From positions 1 to 35,262 of the forward strand of contig JAGRMV010000002.1 of NCBI GenBank assembly GCA_020441045.1: a stretch of DNA of 35,262 nucleotides. The letters are read 5' to 3'. The translations under genes and the position numbers were made by a program. Below, piece after piece: positions 17,775 to 26,356 of the stretch. The notes under the pieces are model-generated. The model was not told the DNA's origin. It worked only from the letters and a program-made list of their open reading frames with translations, and did not search any database. Origin of the DNA: Deltaproteobacteria bacterium. Its GTDB lineage: Bacteria; Bdellovibrionota_G; JALEGL01; JAGRMV01. Every line of letters begins with the position of its first letter. Position 1 is the stretch's first letter.

Positions 17775-19235
17775 CTACAAGACCTGGATTCCATATTTTG
17801 AAAGAACCAGACATGCAATAATGAAAACAAAAATTAGATACCCCTTTGTATCTTTCATCGTGAACACAATTGGATCTTCATCTATCAACCCTCTAGCAGC
17901 TTTTAACCAGATTCGACCAACCCAAAAAAGAAGTAAAGGTGCAATCAACCATAACCAATATTTAACTTGGTAAAGTGCACTCATCGCTTCAGAGTTTATA
18001 TACAAGACAAAAATTAAAACAGAGCAGACGCCAGCTGAAACACCAAAGATCTGTATTATTTCCAGATCACTTACCAGATACCCTCTTCCTAATACGTTTT
18101 GACCATTTCCTTCTTTAGACTGATTTTTCTTCAAGATTTCGTTGTTTCTCTTTAGAAAACCAAGAGAGAAAAAAAGAAATATAGAAAATGAAAACAGCCA
18201 TTCTGACAATCGAATATTTGTGATAACGGAACCTATAATGATTCGATGTGTATATAAAAAGGCCAACACAATCACGTCTAGAATTGCGATAGATTTTAGA
18301 TACAAACTATAGAAAAGTGTGATTGCCGTATAAATAAACAATAATTTACATAATGCTACTGATTCAAAAAACGATACGACTAATGCTCCACTAAGAAGAA
18401 GCATCGATAGCAAAACACCTGTTTTAATTTGAATTTTCCCTGATGCGAAGGGTCTATTTTTTTTTTCCGGATGAGCTCTATCAGATTCTATATCAAACAA
18501 ATCATTAATAATATAGGTTGCAGATGCTGTGAGCGACATACAGAAAAATGCAACAAGCGCATGATGAAATTTTTCAACTTCAAAAATTTTATGTGATAAA
18601 AGCAATGGTAAAAATATGAGAATATTTTTTAACCATTGGTGAATTCTTATCGCTCGAAAAAACTCTCTCATGCTTACCCTCCCTGTACTATAATTTTGTT
18701 CAAATTGAATACCTTTATTTCGTAATATTTTTCCTACTGAGGCATTACCAACAAAATACGCGTTCTTGCTATATCGAAAAACTTCGAAATCGCAAAGGTG
18801 ATCACCAACATAATCAAACTTTTTTTCTCCGAAGCGCTGTGTCAAAAACTTAGATTTAATCGCCCCCTTGAGATTCTTTTGATGATCACTGCAAAAATAA
18901 CCATCAAAAAGATTCAAATACTTACACACGCCATGGACATTTTTTTGGGTATTAGCTGAAACCAAATAAACGCTAGCACCTTCTCTTTTTTTCTTTCCAA
19001 TCAACTCCAAGACTTCTTCTCTATATGGAAGCATTTCAAAAGCAATATTTGTGTGCTCTTCGACTTTATGTTTGAAATATTGCCTTCCCCGTAACAACCA
19101 CCAAGGCATTATTAATAAAGTCTGTGGTCTCTTCTTCACGCTATTTAGAATATTTTCCAACAATAAGTCAGACATCACAAGGGTATTATCCAAATCTACA
19201 CAAAGAGGTATACTCTTATATACTGATTGTTTCAT
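17775..19235 (-). CDS. Fusion protein: N-terminal HAD-superfamily phosphatase plus C-terminal UbiA-family polyprenyl-phosphate phosphoribosyltransferase (Rv3806c-like)
   Basis: 486 aa. HAD motif I is 'CVDLDNTLV', motif II is 'LVSANT' and motif III is 'YVGDHLCD'. From about residue 195 the protein is multi-TM and carries 'NDLFDIESDRAHPEKKNRPFASG', the NDxxDxxxD prenyltransferase motif. This motif is very close to the Rv3806c motif as recalled. Confidence 0.85.
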   Translation of the reverse strand: MKQSVYKSIPLCVDLDNTLVMSDLLLENILNSVKKRPQTLLIMPWWLLRGRQYFKHKVEEHTNIAFEMLPYREEVLELIGKKKREGASVYLVSANTQKNVHGVCKYLNLFDGYFCSDHQKNLKGAIKSKFLTQRFGEKKFDYVGDHLCDFEVFRYSKNAYFVGNASVGKILRNKGIQFEQNYSTGRVSMREFFRAIRIHQWLKNILIFLPLLLSHKIFEVEKFHHALVAFFCMSLTASATYIINDLFDIESDRAHPEKKNRPFASGKIQIKTGVLLSMLLLSGALVVSFFESVALCKLLFIYTAITLFYSLYLKSIAILDVIVLAFLYTHRIIIGSVITNIRLSEWLFSFSIFLFFSLGFLKRNNEILKKNQSKEGNGQNVLGRGYLVSDLEIIQIFGVSAGVCSVLIFVLYINSEAMSALYQVKYWLWLIAPLLLFWVGRIWLKAARGLIDEDPIVFTMKDTKGYLIFVFIIACLVLSKYGIQVL

Positions 19236-19393
19236 ATCAATCTATTTCTCCCTCAGGAATTTCTTTGAAAAATTAGGCTTAAAAATAATAAAAATACTGA
19301 TACCAGTATAACAAACTCAACCTTTATAACATGTAGCACATTCTCCTTTTTCCGAAAAAAACAGCTAAATACTTCAACATTATAAGAAACCTT

Positions 19394-21373
19394 TTATTCA
19401 TACCGTAGTGCTTTTATTGGAGAAAGTTTGGCTGCCTTTCTTGCCGGGTATAATCCAAAGAAAACCCCGACAAATAATGAAAAAAGAAACGCAACAATGA
19501 CCCCATACGGCTTAAAAACAATCTCCCACCCCATCGCCGAACGCAAGACAAAACCAGCAATAAACGCAATGACAACGCCAACCAATCCACCTACAAGACC
19601 AATAAGAACAGACTCGACTAAAAACTGATTTAATATGTCTCTAGATTTAGCGCCGATAGCTTTACGTACGCCAATCTCTCTGGTTCGTTCAGTCACTGAA
19701 ACCAGCATGATATTCATGATGCCAATTCCACCTACAATCAACGAAATAAGGGCAACGATTAAAATGAGCTTAAGCATTGTACCTGAAACTTGATCCACCG
19801 TATCTTTCATCTCACCATAATTTTTGATGGCAAAGTCATCACTCATACCTTTGCTCATTCCATGCCGACTTCGTAACAACGTCTCCACTTCTTTGATAGC
19901 TGGTTTGATCGCCAACTCATCTTTGGCTTGAATATAAAAAAAAGTATAAAAATCTTCACCAAAAATGCGGTGCACCGCTGTTTCGACAGGTACATATACC
20001 ACATCATCAACATCTCCCCCCCAGCTTGTACCATTGCTCGGCAGCAAACCAACAACACGAAAATTCCTATTCTCGATTTTAATGCTGCGCCCGATTGGGT
20101 TTTCTTGATTTTTGAACAACTGCTTATATACAGTTTGTCCAATCACGCAGACCCGCTCTTGGTTTTCATTTTCTTGCTCATTAAAAAACCGTCCATGCGA
20201 TGGGTAATTGCCGCGCAATCTTTCATACGAAGGGCTCACCCCAATAATTTTTGTACTATAACTGTAGCCTTCAAAAGTTGCAGTTCCTTTTCCCTCATAG
20301 GTTGCAGCAAAATCTTTCAGGTAAGGATTGGATTGCACCAACTGTCTTAAAGCGTGCAAATCTTTCGCATTTAAGCGTGTGATGGTCCTTTTTTGTCGGG
20401 CACTGCCCTTGATTTTCGGCCATTGTGAATTGACTCTAAATAGATTTGATCCAAGTCGCCTTAACTCATGTTCAACGTTTTTCTTCGCACCTTCACCGAT
20501 GGCAAGCATTGATATCACCGAAAAAACTCCGATGATAATACCTAGCATGGTTAAAAAGGTCCGTATCCTATTTCGAAGCATGGTCTGCAATGCCATTTTC
20601 GTCGTTTGCATCCACAGCCGAATATTAAACCGATCCTTAAACTTGACCTCTGTCGGACTTTCAGCTTGTTTCCGATTTCGATACGTATGCTGTATTTGGT
20701 CTTTGACGATCTTTCCGTCCACAATTTCAACGACTCGGTCAGCACGCGCTGCCAGTTCAGGTGAATGTGTAATAATCAGTAACGTTATATCTTCTTCTCT
20801 ATGCAAGCGTTCAAGCTCTTCAATAATCTCGACCGCCTGCTTTTGTGGCAAATTTCCTGTTGGTTCATCGGCAAGAATAATTTCGGGCTGATTTACCAAT
20901 GCACGTGCGATTGCGACTCGTTGTTGTTGACCACCAGATAACTGACTGGGGGTGTGGTGCATATGATCCTGCATGCCCAATTGGGCAAGCACCTTCTCTA
21001 CCCGAACATGATCAACTCTACCCTTTTGGTAGATCATGGGTAAAAGCGTATTATCCTTGGCTGACACTCTGGAGAGCAAATTGAACATCTGAAAAACAAA
21101 GCCAATTTTTTGAGCGCGCAAATGGGTAACTTGATTGTCGGAAAGCTCGGTCGTTTCATATCCCACCATCTTATATGATCCTGATGTGGGGGGATCGAGC
21201 AGACCAATAATTTGCAATAGCGTAGATTTACCGGACCCAGAAGGCCCTATGATTGCGACATACTCACCTTTATCAATCGAGAGACTAACCTTATCAAGCG
21301 CCGTAAAAATATTTTTAGGGTCATCGCCCATTTGGTAGATTTTCGATACATTCTGAATATCGATCAATGCCAT
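19394..21373 (-). CDS. macB: MacB-type ABC transporter (fused ATPase plus FtsX-like permease with periplasmic domain)
   Basis: 659 aa with Walker A 'GPSGSGKST', signature 'LSGGQQQRVAIARAL' and Walker B 'ILADEPTGNL'. The C-terminal permease has the 'RTREIGVRKAIGA' loop and 4 TM segments. Confidence 0.9.
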   Translation of the reverse strand: MALIDIQNVSKIYQMGDDPKNIFTALDKVSLSIDKGEYVAIIGPSGSGKSTLLQIIGLLDPPTSGSYKMVGYETTELSDNQVTHLRAQKIGFVFQMFNLLSRVSAKDNTLLPMIYQKGRVDHVRVEKVLAQLGMQDHMHHTPSQLSGGQQQRVAIARALVNQPEIILADEPTGNLPQKQAVEIIEELERLHREEDITLLIITHSPELAARADRVVEIVDGKIVKDQIQHTYRNRKQAESPTEVKFKDRFNIRLWMQTTKMALQTMLRNRIRTFLTMLGIIIGVFSVISMLAIGEGAKKNVEHELRRLGSNLFRVNSQWPKIKGSARQKRTITRLNAKDLHALRQLVQSNPYLKDFAATYEGKGTATFEGYSYSTKIIGVSPSYERLRGNYPSHGRFFNEQENENQERVCVIGQTVYKQLFKNQENPIGRSIKIENRNFRVVGLLPSNGTSWGGDVDDVVYVPVETAVHRIFGEDFYTFFYIQAKDELAIKPAIKEVETLLRSRHGMSKGMSDDFAIKNYGEMKDTVDQVSGTMLKLILIVALISLIVGGIGIMNIMLVSVTERTREIGVRKAIGAKSRDILNQFLVESVLIGLVGGLVGVVIAFIAGFVLRSAMGWEIVFKPYGVIVAFLFSLFVGVFFGLYPARKAAKLSPIKALRYE

Positions 21374-21376
21374 GGG

Positions 21377-22285
21377 TTACTTCCCAAGAAATTTAAAAGG
21401 GTTTTTCTTTTGCTTCTTATTTTTAACTGAAAATTTTTCGACTTTGATTTTGTCATCTACAGATAGGCCTTCCTTCACATGTACCTGTCCGCCATAAACG
21501 TCGCCTAAAAGAATTTTCTTTTTTTCATCTGAAGCAAGTACTACTGTAACCCTACGATTGGATTGATTGTTGACCGCGGCTGCAGAAACACTTAAAGCAT
21601 CTTTGATTTCATTGATCGGAATCTCTACCACGACGGACATACCTATTTTAAGCGTCGCTGGGCTTTTTGATTCATCAATACTGATTTCAATCGGATACAC
21701 ATTTACATTGCTCACCGTCGTTGATATCGATGCTATTTTGCTTAACACGCCAGCAAATTTTTCATCTGGCGAAATATCAAATGAGACATAGACTTTTTGA
21801 CCTTTTTTTACTTTTGGAATATCGACTTCGTCTAGATTACCCCTTATGATCAGGCCTTGATAAATACTTGCAATAGACCCCCTGACCAAGTCGCCGGCCC
21901 TTAACTGCATATCGATAATTTTCCCCGAAGCAGGCGCAAAGATATACGTCGGTAACAGCTGCTTCTCCCAATATGCGATTTCTTCAGGACCTTTATGCGC
22001 AGCCATTTCTAACATGCGAATACGCTCATTAGAGCTCATATACCCGATTTTTTGTCCTTTGCGCACAACTTGGCCTTCTGTAATATAGATTTTTTCAATA
22101 CGACCTCCCAAAGGCGCTTGTACTGGAATTTCATTTTCTATTTCAATGGAACCGTTGATATCAATAAGCTGGGTTAATGTTCCTTGTGTCACTGGATATA
22201 ACTCATACTCCTGTACTTGCGCATTTTTTGCGCTACAAGATACCATCACAATTGAGAGTAAAAACATCAAACCCTTTTTCATCAT
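21377..22285 (-). CDS. macA: Periplasmic adaptor / membrane-fusion protein (HlyD/MacA family), probable lipoprotein
   Basis: The preferred start 'MMKKGLMFLLSIVMVSC' gives a signal peptide with a lipobox-like 'MVSC'. The ATG at 22285 overlaps the TolC-like stop in an ATGA arrangement. Beta-rich barrel-sandwich blocks include 'GQKIGYM' and 'GMSVVVEI'. It lies 3 nt upstream of macB. Confidence 0.75.
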   Translation of the reverse strand: MMKKGLMFLLSIVMVSCSAKNAQVQEYELYPVTQGTLTQLIDINGSIEIENEIPVQAPLGGRIEKIYITEGQVVRKGQKIGYMSSNERIRMLEMAAHKGPEEIAYWEKQLLPTYIFAPASGKIIDMQLRAGDLVRGSIASIYQGLIIRGNLDEVDIPKVKKGQKVYVSFDISPDEKFAGVLSKIASISTTVSNVNVYPIEISIDESKSPATLKIGMSVVVEIPINEIKDALSVSAAAVNNQSNRRVTVVLASDEKKKILLGDVYGGQVHVKEGLSVDDKIKVEKFSVKNKKQKKNPFKFLGK

Positions 22286-23517
22286 AAGCCCTTCCCTGCA
22301 GCTCTTACCAACGTTGCATACGCAATCATCCAATCTTTTTTTTGTTCTAGTATCTGGGTTTCAGCTGATTTCAACGCATTTTGCGATCGGTTCCAGACCA
22401 CGAAGTCTTCTAAGCCATTTTTATATTGTTCTGTTGTCACCCTTGAGCGGTCTTGTAATGCCTCTAACCGCAGCTCGGCAATTTCTAGTTTTTTTTGCAC
22501 TATTTGAAAACGGTTGACCGCTTTTTGGTATTCAGCCTGCAACTTTCGAAGTGTTTGCAAGCGCGTCAACTCACTTTGACTTTGAGTGAGTGCCGCCATA
22601 CGCTGCTCGTTTTTGTACCGGTTAAAGGCAAAAAGGGGCATCGACATTGAAATACCCGTTGACCAAAAAGGAATGATCGGTTCATCATCGGTATCAATTA
22701 AAACAAAATCCATTCTAAAACTAATATTCGGAAATCGGTCAGATTTGTTCATGTCGTATTTATACTGGCTCTCTGCTACGGTACTGGTCTCCACACGATA
22801 TTCTACATGTTGCGTTAAATCAACGTGCTCAAATGCATCCATTGGAATCTCTGCCGTATAAAAACCATCTTCATCGAGCTCTTGTATATCTGACACAGGC
22901 AGCTCCCCAACCAATTCTTGGAGGGAAACCAAGGCTTTTTGCTGATCCAGTTTGGCTTGCAACACCGTCAATCGATCTTCCTCAAAATCAGTTTTCGTAG
23001 TGAGATAGACCCATTTATATTCACGGCCACTTTGATATTTAAGTTCCACCAAACGTAAGTTTTTTTCACTTCGGTTGAGAATATTACGAGCAACCGATAG
23101 ATAATTTTTGGCATACAGCGCATTGGCAAACGCTTCTCGCAGCTTTTGGGTTTTATCCAACAGTTCGACACTTACTTTAAGTTCAGCCTGGCTCAAACGG
23201 GCCTCTTCGGCCCGCTTGTTTGCAAGTAAATATCCACCTCGATAAATCGGCGCACTGATTCTCGGTCCGATAAACGCGCGATAGCCACTGCTGGCATCTT
23301 CCTGAATAAATCGATCGGCTGCTGCGCGCAAGTCTAGCCTTGGGTAAAGCAGAGACTTGGCTACTGACAGACTCAGTTTTGCTGACTGTGATGCCACAAT
23401 GGCATTTTGGTATTCCGCATTGTTAGAGACGAGCATGCTATACGCTTGATCATAACTCCAACCGAATGCCATTGATGGCACAAAAAATACAATAATTTTA
23501 AATAGATACAATCTCAT
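22282..23517 (-). CDS. Outer-membrane efflux protein (TolC/OMF family)
   Basis: About 411 aa from ATG 23517. 'MRLYLFKIIVFFVPSMAFG' is a signal peptide. Two repeated helical halves rich in A/L/Q/E/R are typical of OMF proteins ('YPRLDL', 'VELLDKTQKLREAF...', 'YKNGLEDF'). It is the first gene of the OMF-MFP-MacB operon. Confidence 0.75.
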   Translation of the reverse strand: MRLYLFKIIVFFVPSMAFGWSYDQAYSMLVSNNAEYQNAIVASQSAKLSLSVAKSLLYPRLDLRAAADRFIQEDASSGYRAFIGPRISAPIYRGGYLLANKRAEEARLSQAELKVSVELLDKTQKLREAFANALYAKNYLSVARNILNRSEKNLRLVELKYQSGREYKWVYLTTKTDFEEDRLTVLQAKLDQQKALVSLQELVGELPVSDIQELDEDGFYTAEIPMDAFEHVDLTQHVEYRVETSTVAESQYKYDMNKSDRFPNISFRMDFVLIDTDDEPIIPFWSTGISMSMPLFAFNRYKNEQRMAALTQSQSELTRLQTLRKLQAEYQKAVNRFQIVQKKLEIAELRLEALQDRSRVTTEQYKNGLEDFVVWNRSQNALKSAETQILEQKKDWMIAYATLVRAAGKGL

Positions 23518-23623
23518 GCGGAAGACCGATACTATCTGTTTTGGCTTTGAAAACAAGCTTTTTTCGCGTCAATCCCTAGGCTTAGACCCATCTGCAGGTC
23601 TGTAACAACAAGACTTTTAAACT

Positions 23624-24939
23624 TTAGGGCAAAACCGGTTGCCGACCAATGGAATAGTATTGCATTTCTAGTGATTGCATTTGTTCGCGGCTATACAAAT
23701 TTCGCCCATCAAAAATGAGTGGTGTATGCATGGAGCTTCGTAATTTTTGAAAATCCGGACTGCGAAATTGATTCCACTCTGTCATAATACAAATCGCATC
23801 GGCCTTTTCGGAGGCGCTATAGATATCCGACGCTATTTCAATGGCATCACCAAATACCGCTTGCGTATTTTTACCTGCCTCAGGATCAAATACCCGCACC
23901 TTTGCATGTGCATCGAGTAATTTGCGAATGATGTCCAAGGCTGCCGATTCACGAATATCATCGGTATTGGCTTTGAACGCCGTTCCCCAAATCGCAAAAA
24001 CTTTTCCAGACAAATAGCTTTCCCCACCAAAATGCTTACATATCTTTTGGAAGAATCGATTTTTTTGATTGTGGTTGGTTTGCAAAACTTTTTAAGAATT
24101 TCTGGCCTGAGTCCTTTTTCATCATAGACCGATTTCATAGCGCGAAGATCCTTCGGGAAACAAGAACCACCTATACCCACACTCGGATACAAGTACTGCG
24201 GACCAATGCGGTGGTCCGCTCCCATAGCCTGCCGTACTTGATTGACATCTGCATCCATTTCTTCGCAAAGCTGCGATATTTCGTTCATATAGGTAATTCT
24301 TGTGGCCAAATAGCAGTTGGCCGCATACTTGGTTAATTCGGCAGACTCTGGAGACATCATAAAAATACGTTCACTTCGCAAAAAAAATGGCTTGTACAGC
24401 GCATGCATTTTCTCCGCCACTTTGTCGCCGCGCGCGCCAATAACAACCCGATCTGGCTTCAAACTATCTTCAACCGCCGTGCCTTCACGCAAGAACTCAG
24501 GATTGCTCACCAAATGAATCTTATCCTTACCCTTTTGATCCAAATAAAATCGCAGTTTAGCATTGGTCCCAATCGGGACCGTACTTTTGACTACCACAAT
24601 GGTCTCGTCGGTTAGGTCTGCAATTTGGTCAATACATTGATAGACATAATCCAGGTTTGCAGCACCATCTGCTCTTGACGGTGTACCCACACATACAAAA
24701 TAGACATCCATGTGATCTTTTGTCGAAGTCATATCGGTAGAAAATGTTAGCCTACCCTGCTCAATATTTCTGGCGACCAATTCTGCGAGACCTGGTTCAA
24801 AAAAGGGGATTTTCGAAGCTTGTAGTTTTTGTACTTTGCTCACATCGACATCAACACAACTAACTTTATTGCCCGTTTCAGCAAAACAAGCCCCTGTAAC
24901 GAGCCCAACATATCCAGTTCCAATGATGGTAATATTCAT
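23624..24939 (-). pseudogene. ugd: UDP-glucose 6-dehydrogenase, disrupted by a 1-nt frameshift at a short homopolymer (about 24084-24096)
   Basis: The N-terminal frame (to about 24095) has 'IIGTGYVGLVTGACFA' and 'GIGGSCFPKDLRAM...EILKK'. The C-terminal frame has 'VLQTNHNQKNRFF...GKVFAIWGTAFKANTDDIRESAAL...VFDPEA'. On the minus strand, 'CTT AAA AAG TTT TGC' would read 'L K K V L Q T N' with one extra A. Confidence 0.8.
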
Positions 24940-25036
24940 AACTCAGCTTATACTATAAATAATTCACAATATTAAGGGGAATCCACGCCCATTGCATATC
25001 TGATACAATGAAGGTGTGACATTTTTAAAGTTTGAT

Positions 25037-25055
25037 GCCATGATATCATCATGGC
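25037..25055 (+). promoter_or_regulatory. Perfect 8-bp inverted repeat (GCCATGAT-atc-ATCATGGC) spanning the uxs start codon
   Basis: Read directly. The left arm is 25037-25044, the spacer 25045-25047 and the right arm 25048-25055. The uxs ATG is 25051-25053. No obvious SD lies upstream. Confidence 0.3.
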
Positions 25056-26013
25056 GTTTACGAATATAAAAAATCAAGATTCATTGACCTACCTCATCGC
25101 AGGGGGCGCAGGATTTATAGGCTCTCACCTATGTGAAACACTTCTCGAAAACGGTCACAGTGTCATCGCTCTTGATAACCTTGTAACAGGTTCGCAAAAC
25201 AACATCGAACACCTTGCCCATGATGCCCGTTTTACCTTTATAGAACATGACATCAAAAACCCTATTCCAACCATGGGTAAAATTGACTGTATTCTCAATA
25301 TGGCTTCTCCGGCTAGCCCTATGGACTTTGAAAACCTCTCTATTGAAATCATGTTAGCAGGATCTATCGGCACATATCATTTGTTAGAATTTGCAAAAGA
25401 AAAAAATGCTTGGTTTATGATGGCTTCGACCAGTGAAGTCTATGGTGACCCAGAGGTACATCCGCAAAAAGAAGATTATCTAGGCAATGTCAATTGTATC
25501 GGCGTCCGCTCGGTCTATGATGAATCGAAACGTTTCTCTGAAAGCATGACCAATGCATATCTCAGAAAAAACTTGGTTCAAACATCTATCATCCGCATCT
25601 TTAACACCTATGGACCTAGAATGAGAGTGAATGATGGTAGGGTTGTTCCCAACTTTATTGACCAAGCTTTGCATCATAAACCCATCACAATCCATGGGAA
25701 AGGTACACAAACCAGAAGTTTCTGTTTTGTTGATGATTTGGTCCGAGGCATTATCCGTACCTCTGTGGTTAGACCTGAAACCCCCATTAATCTCGGAAAT
25801 ACAACTGAAAAAACAATACTTGAAGTTGCGGAAAATATTATTGCGTTCACAAACTCAAAAAGCGAATTGACTTTTCTTGATCTTCCAGAAGGAGATCCAA
25901 AAAGAAGATGTCCTGTACTAACCAGAGCAAAAGAGATTCTCGATTGGGAACCTGAAATTAGCTTTGCGGATGGAATAAAAAAAACCATCGAATATTTCAA
26001 AAACGCCCCCTGA
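25051..26013 (+). CDS. uxs: UDP-glucuronate decarboxylase (UDP-xylose synthase; extended SDR)
   Basis: 320 aa with 'GGAGFIGSHLCETLLENGHSVIALDNLVTGS', 'YDESKRFSE' (YxxxK) and 'RIFNTYGPRMRVNDGRVVPNFIDQAL...GKGTQTRSFCFVDDLV'. Confidence 0.9.
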   Translation: MAFTNIKNQDSLTYLIAGGAGFIGSHLCETLLENGHSVIALDNLVTGSQNNIEHLAHDARFTFIEHDIKNPIPTMGKIDCILNMASPASPMDFENLSIEIMLAGSIGTYHLLEFAKEKNAWFMMASTSEVYGDPEVHPQKEDYLGNVNCIGVRSVYDESKRFSESMTNAYLRKNLVQTSIIRIFNTYGPRMRVNDGRVVPNFIDQALHHKPITIHGKGTQTRSFCFVDDLVRGIIRTSVVRPETPINLGNTTEKTILEVAENIIAFTNSKSELTFLDLPEGDPKRRCPVLTRAKEILDWEPEISFADGIKKTIEYFKNAP

Positions 26014-26120
26014 TACTTGGAAAAACATCTGTTTAAACGTATTAGGGTCAATCCTTGTCGGCCTTAGTGACTGCTGCAATTGTCTTTTCATAATCGAGAA
26101 TTTTGGTATCATCGAAGCTT

Positions 26121-26348
26121 ATGTTGCGCTTTTTTACTTTTATCGTACTTATCCAATGTACTTTTATTGGTAATGCTTACGCATATTTTGACCCTGGCAT
26201 AGCAGCATTTCTATACCAAGTTGGGTATGGACTTATTACAGCTACATTGGTACTGTTTATATCTGGACCCAAGCGAGTATGGGCGTACTGTAAATCTTTT
26301 TTTCACAAAGTTCCTGATAAAGTTCCGGAAGAACAAGACAAAGAATAA
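26121..26348 (+). CDS. Small secreted/membrane protein (signal peptide plus one TM), function unknown
   Basis: From ATG 26121 the protein reads 'MLRFFTFIVLIQCTFIGNAYA|YFDPGIAAFLYQVGYGLITATLVLFISG', followed by a charged tail. The ORF-track TTG at 26103 is less likely. No homology is recognised beyond a vaguely familiar 'Y(F/I)DPG' N-terminal motif. Confidence 0.35.
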   Translation: MLRFFTFIVLIQCTFIGNAYAYFDPGIAAFLYQVGYGLITATLVLFISGPKRVWAYCKSFFHKVPDKVPEEQDKE

Positions 26349-26356
26349 AGACCTGC

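Noticed and set aside
20328-20891. 187-aa plus-strand ORF, along with 19928-20350, 19428-19628, 20899-21084 and 21135-21338
   Set aside because: All lie antisense or out of frame inside the strongly supported macB gene. Their translations are low-complexity, Cys/Ser/Arg-rich, and have no recognisable motifs.
23590-23607. Hairpin AGACC-catctgca-GGTCT downstream of ugd as a terminator
   Set aside because: The stem is only 5 bp and there is no U-tract on the transcribed strand.
25674-26051. 125-aa minus-strand ORF, along with 25155-25373, 25480-25710, 25631-25870 and 25918-26112
   Set aside because: They overlap the well-supported uxs coding frame, have no motifs, and are typical shadow ORFs.
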